The notes: generated from the sequence alone by a model not told the origin. A stretch of 64,000 nt of DNA from Sulfuricellaceae bacterium (GCA_050177075.1 JBFXHL010000001.1:3349-67348); one strand, 5' to 3'. Shown: positions 43,844 through 55,173, numbered from the stretch's first letter. Made by a program: numbers and translations.

Positions 43844-43925
43844 CAGGGGGGGTATTGTACGCGAGGCGGCGGGGGACCACTATGGACCCGATGGCAGGGT
43901 GGAGGTTCCCCGCTACAATAGTCCC

Positions 43926-44399
43926 ATGTCTGACGAACCCTGGCTCGCCCCCCAAGCCGTCATCCGCGCCACCCAGGTGCTGGACTCCTTCGAGCGCCTC
44001 CTCGGATGGCCCCTTATCCCCCGCCAGGGCAACCCGGCGGCCGACGCCCGGGCCCTGTTCGACGCCCCCTTCCCCGTCCTGGCCCACGGCACCCAGGCCG
44101 ACCCCGTCCTCGACTACGGCAACCGCGCCGCCCTCGCCCTGTGGGAAATGGACTGGCCCCGCTTCACCACCACCCCCTCCCGCCTGACGGCGGAACCGGA
44201 CAGCCGCGCCGCCCGGGAAAAAATCCTGCAGACGGCGGCGCAACAGGGCTACGTAGCCCACTATTCCGGCGTGAGGATTTCCGCCACGGGCAGGCGCTTC
44301 CGGGTGGAGGAACTGATCCTGTGGCGGGTCGCCGACGGCGACGGCAAGCGTGCCGGCCTGGCGGCCACCTTCCCCCGTTGGGAGTTCCTTCAGCCTTAG
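43926..44399 (+). CDS. MEKHLA domain-containing protein
   Basis: 157 aa. DPVLDYGNRAALALWEMDWPRFTTTPSRLTAEP... matches the bacterial MEKHLA pattern. Confidence 0.75.
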   Translation: MSDEPWLAPQAVIRATQVLDSFERLLGWPLIPRQGNPAADARALFDAPFPVLAHGTQADPVLDYGNRAALALWEMDWPRFTTTPSRLTAEPDSRAAREKILQTAAQQGYVAHYSGVRISATGRRFRVEELILWRVADGDGKRAGLAATFPRWEFLQP

Positions 44400-44532
44400 C
44401 CGGCCTGGAATGTCGGGGGTGCCGGTCGGACCCAGAACCCGCCCTCCAAGGGGAAAGAATCCGCCCGCCGCCACCTGCGCGGCGAATTGCCTATAATCGG
44501 CTTACAACACCCCTAACCGAGGAGGAGACCCC

Positions 44533-45186
44533 ATGAGCGAGGCGATGGAACCGCAAGCGGAAGCCCCGGCCCAGCCGGAGGCGAAGAAGAAACTGGCCCT
44601 GCAGGCCATCAAGCTCAACTCGACGGTAATCGCGGCCATTGTCGGCGTGGTGGCGGTGGTGGCCATGGCGGCGTGGAAAAGCCTGGCGGTTTCCGCCGTG
44701 GAGGAGCGCCTGACCGCCGAAAAAGCCCAGGCGGTGAAACAGGCCCAGGCCAGCGCCGCCAAAGCCGTCGAGGACGGCAAGAAAGCCGTGCTGGCAGCCC
44801 GGCGCGACGCCCTGCTCCTCATGGCCCGCCCCCTGTCCTGGGCCCTGCGGGACTTGGTGATGGCGGACAACCAGGCCCAAATCGACAGCTACATCGGCGA
44901 CCTGGTCAAGCAGCCCGGCTTCGACCGCATCGTGCTTGCCCGCACCGACGGCTCCATCGCCCTCGCCAGCGACCGCAAGCTGGTCGACGGCAAGCTGGAA
45001 GCGATCTATCCGCCGGCGGTGAGCGCCGTCCAGGGGCCGACGGTGCTGGATGGCGAGGGGGGAAAGATGATCCTGGCGGTGCCGATCATGGGACTGTCGG
45101 AAAAGCTGGCGCTGCTGGTCCTGAGCTACGATCCGGCGGCAGCCCCGCCGACGGCCCCAGCCACGGCGCCACCGGCACCGCAGTAG
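44533..45186 (+). CDS. Membrane-anchored hypothetical protein
   Basis: GAGGAGGAG RBS upstream. One TM helix (VIAAIVGVVAVVAMAAW), a coiled-coil-like segment and a Pro/Ala-rich tail. Confidence 0.6.
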   Translation: MSEAMEPQAEAPAQPEAKKKLALQAIKLNSTVIAAIVGVVAVVAMAAWKSLAVSAVEERLTAEKAQAVKQAQASAAKAVEDGKKAVLAARRDALLLMARPLSWALRDLVMADNQAQIDSYIGDLVKQPGFDRIVLARTDGSIALASDRKLVDGKLEAIYPPAVSAVQGPTVLDGEGGKMILAVPIMGLSEKLALLVLSYDPAAAPPTAPATAPPAPQ

Positions 45187-45198
45187 CCTCTCGAACCC

Positions 45199-45227
45199 AA
45201 GCCCGCTTTTCAGCGGGCTTTGTTTTC
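45199..45227 (+). terminator. Rho-independent terminator (the loop contains the stop codon of the convergent gene)
   Basis: AAGCCCGC-TTTTCA-GCGGGCTT followed by TGTTTT. Confidence 0.7.
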
Positions 45228-45959
45228 CCAGCGGTAGCCCCGCGCCGCCACCCCCTGCTGGAGGAAGGCGGCCGCTTCGTTCACCCGGGGACGGCTGCCC
45301 TTGACGCCGAACTCGATGCGCCGCTCGCCGCCTTCCCCCAAGTGGGGCAGGCTGGAAAAGCGTACGTCGGGGTAGCGGGCGACGAAGTCCTCCATCAGGT
45401 CGATGAGAAAGCTCTCGCTGACGTCGAAAACGGTGAACAGGGTCTCGGTTTCCGGCGCCAGGTCGCGCAGGCCGGGATAGCGATTGTCCAGCACCCATTC
45501 CATCATCGGCCACGCCATCTGGGGAAAGCCGGGGAGGAAATGGTGGCCCTTGAGATAGAAGCCCGGCACCCGGTTCACCGGGTTGGGGATGATGCCGCAC
45601 CCCTCGGGCAGGTCGGCCATGACGATGCGGCGGGGATAGGCATCGGCGCCGAACTGGGCCTCGATCTCCGCCACCGCCTCGGGGTGGCGCGTCATGGGCA
45701 CCCCCGCGGCCTCCGCGGCGCAGCGCCGGGTATGGTCGTCCGGGGTGGCGCCGATGCCGCCGCAGGAAAAGACCAGGTCGCCGCTGGCGTAGGTTTCGCG
45801 CAAAGTCTGGACGATGCGCGCCGGCACGTCGCCGACGATGCGGCACCAGGACAGCTCCAGCCCCCGCTGGGCAAGCATGCCCACCACATGGTCGAAGTGG
45901 CCGTCCTTCCGCTTGCCGGAGAGGATTTCGTCGCCGATGATGAGGAGGCCGATGTCCAC
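45210..45959 (-). CDS. CinA N-terminal-type molybdopterin-binding (MoCF) domain protein (start uncertain: GTG 45959 or TTG 45992)
   Basis: VDIGLLIIGDEILSGKRKDGHF...FSCGGIGATPDDHT is typical of the family. Confidence 0.8.
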   Translation of the reverse strand: MDIGLLIIGDEILSGKRKDGHFDHVVGMLAQRGLELSWCRIVGDVPARIVQTLRETYASGDLVFSCGGIGATPDDHTRRCAAEAAGVPMTRHPEAVAEIEAQFGADAYPRRIVMADLPEGCGIIPNPVNRVPGFYLKGHHFLPGFPQMAWPMMEWVLDNRYPGLRDLAPETETLFTVFDVSESFLIDLMEDFVARYPDVRFSSLPHLGEGGERRIEFGVKGSRPRVNEAAAFLQQGVAARGYRWENKAR

Positions 45960-45963
45960 GGCT

Positions 45964-46578
45964 TCAGGATTTCGGCGGCACCGTGTCGGCAAAGGAAGGC
46001 CGCGCCATCAGCTTGTCCATGTGCTGGGCCAGGCCGGGGTGGCCGACGCGCCATTCGACCTCGTCCTCGAAACGCAGGTTGAGGTAACCCAGGCAACAGG
46101 CGGCGGCGATGTCCGCCAGGGACAGGCCGTGGCCGTGGAACCATTCCTTGTCCCCCAGCTCCCTTTCCAGGGCGTCCAGCCCCCGGTCGATGGCGGCGCG
46201 CTGGAGGGCGACCCAGTCGGGGTCACGCTTCTCGGCGGGGCGCTTGCGCTCGAGGAAAATCTTCATCGCCGCTTCCGTCACCCCGTCGGCCAGGGCCTCG
46301 ATGCGCCGCACCAGCATGCGCTGGCGGCCGGGTTCGGGAAGGAGCTTGACCGCCGGGCTGATGGCGTCCAGGTACTCGACGATGACCCGGGAGTCGAAGA
46401 CGTTGTTGCCGTCGTCCAGCACCAGGGTGGGCACCTGGCTCAGGGGGTTGTGCTCGATCACCGGATTCACCGGCTCCCACGGGTTGACCACTTCCAGTTC
46501 GCACTCGACGTGCTTTTCCGCCAGGACGATGCGCACCTTGCGGGCAAAGGGACTGGTGAGGGAAGCGAGGAGTTTCAT
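45964..46578 (-). CDS. Glutathione S-transferase
   Basis: 204 aa. N-terminal thioredoxin-like MKLLASLTSPFARKVRIVL and a C-terminal GST helical domain. Confidence 0.85.
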   Translation of the reverse strand: MKLLASLTSPFARKVRIVLAEKHVECELEVVNPWEPVNPVIEHNPLSQVPTLVLDDGNNVFDSRVIVEYLDAISPAVKLLPEPGRQRMLVRRIEALADGVTEAAMKIFLERKRPAEKRDPDWVALQRAAIDRGLDALERELGDKEWFHGHGLSLADIAAACCLGYLNLRFEDEVEWRVGHPGLAQHMDKLMARPSFADTVPPKS

Positions 46579-46585
46579 GTTCCGC

Positions 46586-49144
46586 TTACCCCGCCATCAC
46601 CGGAATGATCTTCTTCCCCTTGGCGTAGCTGTCCATGAGGTGGAAGTTGAGGTAGCGGTAGATGTTGTCCGACAGGGGGGCGATCTTGTCCTTCACCACC
46701 GCCTGGTATTCCTCCATCGTGGGAATGCGCCCCAGACGGGCGCACACCGCCGCCAGTTCGGCGGAACCCAGGTAGCAGCGGGCGTCGCGGCCCATCCGGT
46801 TGTCGAAATTGCGGGTGCTGGTGGAGAACACCGTGGCCTTGTCCGCCACCCGCGCCTGGTTGCCCATGCACAGGGAGCAGCCGGGCATTTCCATGCGGGC
46901 GCCGGCGCGGCCGAAAATGCCATAGGCCCCTTCCTCCCGCAGCTGGGCCTCGTCCATGCGGGTGGGGGGCGCCACCCACAGGCGGACGGGGATCATGCCG
47001 GCGTCCTCCAGCACCTTGGCGGCGGCGCGGTAGTGGCCGATGTTGGTCATGCAGGAGCCGATGAACACCTCGTCCACCTTGTCCCCGGCCACGGCGGAGA
47101 GGGGCTTGATGTCGTCCGGGTCGTTGGGACAGGCCACCAGCGGTTCCTTGATGTCGTTGAGGTCGATCTCCAGCACGTAGGCGTATTCGGCGTCGGCGTC
47201 CGGCTCCAGCAGCTCGGGCTTGGCCAGCCAGGCCTTCATGGCGTCGATGCGGCGCTGCAGGGTGCGGGCGTCCTGGTAGCCGTTCTCGATCATGTTCTCC
47301 AGCAGCACGACGTTGGAGTTGAGGTACTCCATCACCGGCTCCTTGTTCAGGCGCACGGTGCAAGCGGCGGCGGAGCGCTCGGCGGAGGCGTCGGACAGCT
47401 CGAACGCCTGCTCCACCTTCAGGTCGGGCAGGCCCTCGATTTCCAGGATGCGACCGTTGAAGACGTTCTTCTTGCCGGTCTTGCCCACGGTCAGCTCGCC
47501 CTTCTGGATGGCGGCGTAGGGGATGGCGTTGACCAGGTCCCGCAGGGTGATGCCGGGCTGCATCTGGCCCTTGAAGCGCACCAGCACGGACTCGGGCATG
47601 TCCAGGGGCATCACGCCCATGGCGGCGGCGAAGGCCACCAGACCGGAACCGGCGGGGAAGGAAATGCCGATGGGGAAGCGGGTGTGGGAATCGCCGCCGG
47701 TGCCCACGGTGTCGGGCAGCAACATGCGGTTGAGCCAGGAGTGGATCACGCCGTCGCCGGGGCGCAGGGACACGCCGCCGCGGGAGGAGATGAACTCGGG
47801 CAGCTCGTGGTGCAGCTTGATGTCCACGGGCTTGGGGTAGGCGGCGGTGTGGCAGAAGCTCTGCATCACCAGATCGGCGGAGAAGCCCAGGCAGGCCAGT
47901 TCTTTCAATTCATCACGGGTCATGCCGCCGGTGGTGTCCTGGGAGCCCACGGACGCCATCCTCGGCTCGCAGTAGGTGCCGGGGCGCACGCCGGCCACGC
48001 CGCAGGCGCGGCCCACCATCTTCTGCGCCAGGGTGTAGCCCTTGCCGCTGTCCTTCGGCGCCTGGGGAGCGGCGAAGAGGTCGGAATGGGGCAGCCCCAG
48101 GGCCTCCCGCGCCTTGGCCGTGAGGCCGCGGCCGATGATGAGGGGGATGCGGCCACCGGCCCGCACTTCGTCCGCCAGGGTGACGGGCTCCAGCTTGAAG
48201 GTGGCGATGGTCTTGCCGGAGGCGTCGTGGACCTCGCCCTTGAAGGGATAGACGGTGATCACGTCGCCGGTGTTCATGGCGGCGACGTCGCACTGGATGG
48301 GCAGGGCGCCGGAGTCCTCGGCGGTATTGAAGAAGATGGGGGCGATCTTGCCGCCGATCACCACGCCGCCGGTGCGCTTGTTGGGGATGAAGGGGATATC
48401 GCGCCCCATGTGCCACTGCACCGAGTTGATGGCGGACTTGCGGGAGGAGCCGGTGCCCACCACGTCGCCCACGTAGGCCAGGGGCAGGCCCTTCTGCTTG
48501 AGCTCCTCGATTTTCTCCAGGGCTCCGGGCAGGCGGGTCACCAGCATTTCCTGGGCATGCTGGGGGATATCGGGCCGGGACCAGGCGGCCTGGGCGGGGG
48601 AAAGGTCGTCGGTGTTGGTCTCGCCGGGCACCTTGAACACCACCAGCTCCAGCTTCTCCGGCAGGGGCGCGCGGGAAGTGAACCACTCGGCGTCGGCCCA
48701 GGACTGCATCAGCTTCTTCGCGGCGGCGTTGCCGGCCTTCATTTTCTCCGCCACGTCGTGGAAGGCATCGAACATCAGGATGGTCTTGGACAGGGCCGCC
48801 ACGGCGTGCTCCGCCATGTCGCCGTCCAGCAGCTCCACCAGCGGACCGACGTTGTAGCCGCCGAGCATGGTGCCCAGCAGCTGCACCGCCTTCTCCCGGC
48901 TCACCAGGGGAGAGGTCGCCTTGCCGTGGGCCACGTCCGCCAGGAAAGCCGCCTTGACGTAGGCCGCCTGGTCCACCCCGGCGGGGACCCGGTTCTCCAG
49001 CAGGTCCACCAGGGCCTGCTCCTCGCCCGCCGGCGGGGCTTTCAGCAGCTCCACCAGCGCCGCGGTCTGCTCGGCGGACAAGGGAAGGGGCGGCAGCCCC
49101 TGGGCGGCGCGCTCGGCGACGTGGCTACGGTAAGCGTTCAACAT
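46586..49144 (-). CDS. acnB: Aconitate hydratase B (bifunctional aconitase 2 / 2-methylisocitrate dehydratase)
   Basis: 852 aa. [22 protein letters not shown]... and Fe-S ligand regions ([14 protein letters not shown]). Confidence 0.97.
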   Translation of the reverse strand: MLNAYRSHVAERAAQGLPPLPLSAEQTAALVELLKAPPAGEEQALVDLLENRVPAGVDQAAYVKAAFLADVAHGKATSPLVSREKAVQLLGTMLGGYNVGPLVELLDGDMAEHAVAALSKTILMFDAFHDVAEKMKAGNAAAKKLMQSWADAEWFTSRAPLPEKLELVVFKVPGETNTDDLSPAQAAWSRPDIPQHAQEMLVTRLPGALEKIEELKQKGLPLAYVGDVVGTGSSRKSAINSVQWHMGRDIPFIPNKRTGGVVIGGKIAPIFFNTAEDSGALPIQCDVAAMNTGDVITVYPFKGEVHDASGKTIATFKLEPVTLADEVRAGGRIPLIIGRGLTAKAREALGLPHSDLFAAPQAPKDSGKGYTLAQKMVGRACGVAGVRPGTYCEPRMASVGSQDTTGGMTRDELKELACLGFSADLVMQSFCHTAAYPKPVDIKLHHELPEFISSRGGVSLRPGDGVIHSWLNRMLLPDTVGTGGDSHTRFPIGISFPAGSGLVAFAAAMGVMPLDMPESVLVRFKGQMQPGITLRDLVNAIPYAAIQKGELTVGKTGKKNVFNGRILEIEGLPDLKVEQAFELSDASAERSAAACTVRLNKEPVMEYLNSNVVLLENMIENGYQDARTLQRRIDAMKAWLAKPELLEPDADAEYAYVLEIDLNDIKEPLVACPNDPDDIKPLSAVAGDKVDEVFIGSCMTNIGHYRAAAKVLEDAGMIPVRLWVAPPTRMDEAQLREEGAYGIFGRAGARMEMPGCSLCMGNQARVADKATVFSTSTRNFDNRMGRDARCYLGSAELAAVCARLGRIPTMEEYQAVVKDKIAPLSDNIYRYLNFHLMDSYAKGKKIIPVMAG

Positions 49145-49170
49145 GGCTCTCTCACGTTAGGCTTTAAAGA

Positions 49171-49202
49171 CCACGAAGCGCGCCGGGTGGCGCGCTTCGT
49201 GG
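49171..49202 (-). other. Perfect 14-bp GC-rich hairpin 27 nt upstream of the acnB start (either the terminator of the upstream udg-family gene or an acnB leader structure)
   Basis: CCACGAAGCGCGCC-loop(4)-GGCGCGCTTCGTGG, followed on the minus strand by TCTTTAAAG. Confidence 0.7.
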
Positions 49203-49229
49203 CGGATTACATTATGGGCGACTCGCCCG

Positions 49230-49238
49230 ATTATAGCA
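49230..49238 (-). promoter_or_regulatory. Extended -10 element (TGCTATAAT), candidate acnB promoter
   Basis: Minus strand reads TGCTATAAT. There is no good -35 at 17-bp spacing; TTGCTT lies 20 nt upstream. Confidence 0.4.
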
Positions 49239-49274
49239 CCATGGTTCGAGGGAAGAAGCAATCCGCCCCGAGTC

Positions 49275-49850
49275 TTATATAAGAGCAGACAGCCTTCGCC
49301 GGAGTTCCGGAATCACCTCCTCCGCGAACCAGGGATTGCGTTTCAGCCACAGCTGGTTGCGGGGGCTGGGATGGGGCAAGGGAAGGAAAGCGGGGCCGTA
49401 CTCCCGCCAGGCGCGCACCGTTTCGGTCAGGTTGGCCTTGCGGCGCTCGCCCAGATAATAGGCCTGGGCATACTGCCCCACCAGCAAGGTCAACGCCACC
49501 TCCGGCAGGGCCGCTCGCAGGGGCGGATGCCAGAGGGGGGCGCACTCTGGCCGCGGCGGCAGGTCGCCTCCCTTGCCGCTGCCCGGGTAGCAGAAGGCCG
49601 TGGGGATAATGGCGAAGCGGGCGGGGTCGTAGAAGGCCTCCCGCGCCACCCCCATCCACGAGCGCAGCCGGTCGCCGGAGGGGTCGTTCCAGGGGATGCC
49701 TGTTGCGTGCACCCGCCGCCCCGGCGCCTGGCCGACGATCATCACCCGCGCCGTGGCCCCGGCCAGCAGGATGGGCTTGGGCGGATTGGGGAGAAAGGCC
49801 TCGCACACGCGGCAGGCACGCACCTGTTCCAGCAGTCGTTCGAGTTCCAT
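49275..49850 (-). CDS. Uracil-DNA glycosylase superfamily protein
   Basis: Starts MELERLLEQVRACRVCE. Motifs GQAPG and HPSPRN. Confidence 0.8.
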   Translation of the reverse strand: MELERLLEQVRACRVCEAFLPNPPKPILLAGATARVMIVGQAPGRRVHATGIPWNDPSGDRLRSWMGVAREAFYDPARFAIIPTAFCYPGSGKGGDLPPRPECAPLWHPPLRAALPEVALTLLVGQYAQAYYLGERRKANLTETVRAWREYGPAFLPLPHPSPRNQLWLKRNPWFAEEVIPELRRRLSALI

Positions 49851-49928
49851 AACCTGACAAAGAGAAGGGAATGCCGACAAAGTTTCCTTGATCCAGCGCA
49901 AGGAAGATGTAAGTTAGACAAAGGTAAT

Positions 49929-51122
49929 ATGTTGGACTTCAAAAATATATTTCCAACCATGAAACTCCTGCAACGCCTGCAACGCCTGCTGCCCTATCTC
50001 GTTTCAGACTCCACCCCCCTCAGCACAGCCGAGAAGCTACGCTCCACCTTCTCGGCCTTTCTCGCCCTGCTGGTGGTGGGGCTGATCAGCAGCCTGTCCC
50101 TCCACGGCCTGGGCCTGCCGGTGATGATCGCCTCCATGGGCGCTTCGGCGGTGATCCTGTTCGCCACCCCCCACAGCCCCCTGGCCCAACCCTGGCCCCT
50201 GGTGGGCGGGCACCTGATCTCGGCCTTCATCGGCGTCACCTGCGCCCAGCTGGTGCCGGAGATGTGGTTCGCCGCCGCCCTGGCGGTTTCCCTGGCCATC
50301 CTCGCCATGCACCTCACCCGCAGCCTGCACCCGCCCGGCGGCGCCTCCGCCCTGCTGCCGGTGCTGGGCAACAACTACGTCCACGCCGACGGCTACCACT
50401 TCATTCTGGCGCCGGTGGGGCTCAACGTCCTGATCATCTTCGCCATGGCCCTGCTGGTCAACAACCTGCTTCCCGGCCACCGCTGGCCCGCCCGCCCCTA
50501 TCCGAAAAAGGATACCCTGCACCGCCACGACGACCCCACCCCCCTGGACCGGCTGGGCATCGACAAGAACGACCTGCACAAGGCCCTGGAGGACCTGGAC
50601 ATCTACCTCGACGTCAGCGAGGAGGACCTCAACCTGGTCTACAGCCGCGCCGGCATCCACGCCTTCCGCCGCAAAATGGGCCAGATCACCTGCGGCGACA
50701 TCATGTCCCGGGACGTGGCCGCGGTGAAAACCGGCACCGACCTGGAGGAAGCCTGGGCCCAGCTCCGCTTCCACAAGATCAAGGCCCTGCCGGTCCTCGA
50801 CGACGCCCGGCGGGTGGTCGGCGTCGTCACCCTGGTGGACTTCCTCAAGCGCGCCGAGCTGAAAACCTACGCCAGTTTCCGGGAAAAGCTGGTGAACTTC
50901 GTCCGTGGCATCGCCGCCGACACCCCCAAAACCGTGGAGCAGATCATGACCTCCCCCGTGGTGACGGCCCGGGCGGCCATGCACATCGTCGAACTGGTCC
51001 CCCTGCTGTCGGACAAGGGCCTGCACCACATCCCGGTGGTGGACGCGGAACAGAAGCTGGCCGGCATGGTCACCCAGTCGGACCTGATCGCCGCCCTCTA
51101 CACCGGCGACGTGAACCGCTGA
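49929..51122 (+). CDS. HPP-family membrane protein fused to a CBS-domain pair (start 49929 or 49959)
   Basis: Membrane core carries the HPPGGA motif. The C-terminus has two CBS motifs (IMSRDVAAV..., IMTSPVVTA...HHIPVVD). Confidence 0.8.
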   Translation: MLDFKNIFPTMKLLQRLQRLLPYLVSDSTPLSTAEKLRSTFSAFLALLVVGLISSLSLHGLGLPVMIASMGASAVILFATPHSPLAQPWPLVGGHLISAFIGVTCAQLVPEMWFAAALAVSLAILAMHLTRSLHPPGGASALLPVLGNNYVHADGYHFILAPVGLNVLIIFAMALLVNNLLPGHRWPARPYPKKDTLHRHDDPTPLDRLGIDKNDLHKALEDLDIYLDVSEEDLNLVYSRAGIHAFRRKMGQITCGDIMSRDVAAVKTGTDLEEAWAQLRFHKIKALPVLDDARRVVGVVTLVDFLKRAELKTYASFREKLVNFVRGIAADTPKTVEQIMTSPVVTARAAMHIVELVPLLSDKGLHHIPVVDAEQKLAGMVTQSDLIAALYTGDVNR

Positions 51123-51179
51123 CGCCCGCCCCGAGCCGTCCGGAAGGGCGGTTCGTCCCGAAGCCGCCCTTTGGGGTAA

Positions 51180-52583
<1,404 letters not shown>

Positions 52584-52590
52584 CGGCGTT

Positions 52591-53160
52591 TCAGTCCGCC
52601 ACGGCGACGGCCCGCACCGGCGAGCCGTCGCCGTTTTTTATCGGCAGGGGGAAACCGTAGAATTGAAATGTTCTCCCCACCGGCAGCCGCCCGGTGTTGA
52701 CCAGGTTCTCGAAGCAGACGATGCCCGCCGCCAGCAGGCGGCGCTCGATGTCCACCGCGAAGGGGCAGTCCGTCGCCACGGCGACGAACTTCGGCCCCAC
52801 GCGCACAATCTCGTCCGCCAGGGCGGCGTCGATCCGGCGGTCGTCAAACAGTACCCCTTCCCCCGGGCACAGATCGGCCGCTTGCCGATAACGGCGGGCC
52901 GGGCCGAAGAAGGTTTCCGGCGGCAGCTCGTCGAGAGTCTTTCCTGCCGCCACCATGTGCCAGGGCACGTTGACGTGGGTGCCGACGTGGGTGTGCAAAT
53001 CGAGCGCCGACAGGCGCCAGCCCTCGGCCTCCAGGGCATGCAGGGGACGGACGGCCACCGGCGGATCGCCGGGGTAGCCGGCCATGCCGGTGAAGATGGG
53101 CAAGCTGAGGTCGATAACCGCCACGGAAAACTCCTTCGGCAGAAAAAAGCGATCTCCCAT
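52591..53160 (-). CDS. Cyclase-family protein (kynurenine-formamidase-like fold)
   Basis: 189 aa. The motif HVGTHVNVPWH corresponds to the family HxGTHxDxPxH, with Asn replacing Asp. Confidence 0.7.
   Translation of the reverse strand: MGDRFFLPKEFSVAVIDLSLPIFTGMAGYPGDPPVAVRPLHALEAEGWRLSALDLHTHVGTHVNVPWHMVAAGKTLDELPPETFFGPARRYRQAADLCPGEGVLFDDRRIDAALADEIVRVGPKFVAVATDCPFAVDIERRLLAAGIVCFENLVNTGRLPVGRTFQFYGFPLPIKNGDGSPVRAVAVAD
52603..52640 (+). terminator. Rho-independent terminator of purB, embedded in the 3' coding end of the convergent cyclase-family gene
   Basis: GGCGACGGC-12 nt loop-GCCGTCGCC followed by GTTTTTTA. Confidence 0.7.
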
Positions 53161-53167
53161 TCTAGCG

Positions 53168-54988
53168 CTACTCCGCCCGATAGCTGCGCCGGTTGAGATA
53201 GAGGCTGTTGCCGGGAATCTTCTTCGCCATTTTCTTGGTTTCCGACGCCACCGACGACAGGGCCATGCAACTGTCGAAAACCCCCGGCTCCACCCTCACG
53301 GCGCCGATGGAGAGGGTGGTGAGGGGATGGAATTCCTTTTCCCCCTTGCGGTTCTCGGTAACGTAGCCGCCCCGCTCCCGGTCGGCGTCGCTGAAGAACG
53401 CCGTCACCTCGCGGCCGAAGCGCTCCAGCACGTGGCGGCAGCGGTCCTCCCAGTCGCCGCTGCGCAGCACCAGGATGAAATCGTCGCCGCCGATGTGGCC
53501 GACGAAATCCAGGGAGGCGTCCACCGCCTCGCACAGCAGGCGGCCGGTGAGACGGATGATCTCGTCCCCCATGGCGAAGCCGTAAACGTCGTTGAAGGGC
53601 TTGAAATGGTCCAGGTCGCAATAGGCGACGCAAAACGGCGCCCCTGCCGCCAGCAGCTGCTCGATGCGCTCATTCACCGGCACGTTGCCCGGCAGTTGGG
53701 TCAGGGGGTTGGCATAACGGGCGGCGGAAAGCTGCAGCTCGGTGATTTCCCGCATCAGGTCATGCCCCAGCCCCATGCCCAGGTAGCGCCCGCGGTCGGT
53801 AATGATGAAGCCGTTGGCCAGGTGACGGCGGTCTTCCCCCACCACGATCTTGCTCAATTCCTGGACGGGGAGGTGCTTGTCCACCACCAGGGGCGCGGCG
53901 TCCATCAGCACGGTGCACGGTTTCTTGCCGTAGAGCTCCCGGTGATAGGGGCGGGCGAAGCGGTCCACCAGCAGATGGCGGTTGATCAGCCCCACCGGCG
54001 TGCCGTCCTCCCGCACCACCGGCACCGCGTCCAGGTCCGGGTTCTGCTCGAAGCGGCGATAGACTTCGTCGTTGGGCGTCGAGGCCTGGACCGGGTCCAC
54101 CCGGCGCAGCAGCTTGCGCTCGATGGCGGCATTGTGCCAGCGAGCCCCTCCCCGCTGGCCCTGGCCGGCGGAAAGGGCCTTGGCCACCTCCGCCGCCACC
54201 ACCGTCGAGGGCGACGCCGAGGGCCGGGCGATATGGTAGCCCTGGCCGGCGCACACGCCGAAGCCCCGCACCACCACCAGCTCGGCGTGGGTCTCGATGC
54301 CCTCGGCGATGACCCGGGAGCCGGCGTTGTCGGCGATCTCCTTGATGGCGCGGACGAACTGGGCCTTGACCGGGTCCTTGTCGATGTTCTGGATGAAATG
54401 GCGGTCGATCTTGACGTAGTCGGGCCGCAGCTCGGACCACAGGCGCAGGCTGGAATAGCCTTCCCCCAGGTCGTCGATGGCGACCTTGAACCCCCGCCCC
54501 CGGTAGTCGGCGGCAGCGGCCACCAGCATGTCCAGCGGACAGTCGTAGGAAGGTTCGTTTTCGGTCAGTTCGATCACCACCCGGGAGGGTGCCAGGGCCG
54601 AGGCGGGAACGAATTCCCGGTCGCCACGGGTATCGTGCTGCAACAGCACGTCCGGGCTGACGTTGAGAAACAGCATCCCGGGCAGGCCCAGTTCCACGAA
54701 ACGTTCCACCACCACCTGGCGGCACAGGCTCTCCAGCTCGAAGGCCAGGCCGAACTGGCGGGCCACCGGAAACAGTTTCCCGGGAGCGTGGAGGGGGCTG
54801 TCGGAAGGCCCCCGGATCAGCCCCTCGAAGCCCAGGATCGCCCCGCTCCCCATGTCCAGGATGGGCTGGAACAGGGCCGTCAGCGCCCGTTCCTCGATGA
54901 TCCGGTTGAGGGTTTCGAGACAGTCCAGGCTGCCGGCCGACATCACGCCGTCCGCGTCGTGAAGGAGAAGGGATGTGACGTCGTTCAT
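53168..54988 (-). CDS. c-di-GMP signalling protein: EAL domain, CBS pair, GGDEF-like domain (GGDDF)
   Basis: EAL-domain motifs FEGLIRG, ELTE, DDLGEGYSSL, KIDRHF, EGIE and QGY. The C-terminal motif is HIGGDDFILVL. Confidence 0.85.
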   Translation of the reverse strand: MNDVTSLLLHDADGVMSAGSLDCLETLNRIIEERALTALFQPILDMGSGAILGFEGLIRGPSDSPLHAPGKLFPVARQFGLAFELESLCRQVVVERFVELGLPGMLFLNVSPDVLLQHDTRGDREFVPASALAPSRVVIELTENEPSYDCPLDMLVAAAADYRGRGFKVAIDDLGEGYSSLRLWSELRPDYVKIDRHFIQNIDKDPVKAQFVRAIKEIADNAGSRVIAEGIETHAELVVVRGFGVCAGQGYHIARPSASPSTVVAAEVAKALSAGQGQRGGARWHNAAIERKLLRRVDPVQASTPNDEVYRRFEQNPDLDAVPVVREDGTPVGLINRHLLVDRFARPYHRELYGKKPCTVLMDAAPLVVDKHLPVQELSKIVVGEDRRHLANGFIITDRGRYLGMGLGHDLMREITELQLSAARYANPLTQLPGNVPVNERIEQLLAAGAPFCVAYCDLDHFKPFNDVYGFAMGDEIIRLTGRLLCEAVDASLDFVGHIGGDDFILVLRSGDWEDRCRHVLERFGREVTAFFSDADRERGGYVTENRKGEKEFHPLTTLSIGAVRVEPGVFDSCMALSSVASETKKMAKKIPGNSLYLNRRSYRAE

Positions 54989-55173
54989 CGGTCAGGGTTG
55001 CTCGCCGCGTGAGAAAGGGGATTTCCAAGAGACGTGGACTTTAGCACCCCTCCATGACTGAATTGTTACATCCCCCACGCCCTGCCCCGGCAGAACGGCG
55101 CGGCAATCACGCTTGAAATCCCGTCCTTTGTTACCATATTGGGGAACAGTGATTTTTAGAAGGAAGCCCGTCC

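Noticed and set aside
46109-49282. 1057-aa ORF on the plus strand, the longest in the track
   Set aside because: It is antisense to GST and acnB and spans two real genes plus an intergenic region. Its GxGxxG-like strings are compositional, not motifs.
51140-51175. Terminator after the HPP-CBS gene (AAGGGCGG-12 nt-CCGCCCTT)
   Set aside because: The stem is short and is followed by TGGGG rather than a T-run, which is too weak to report as a feature.
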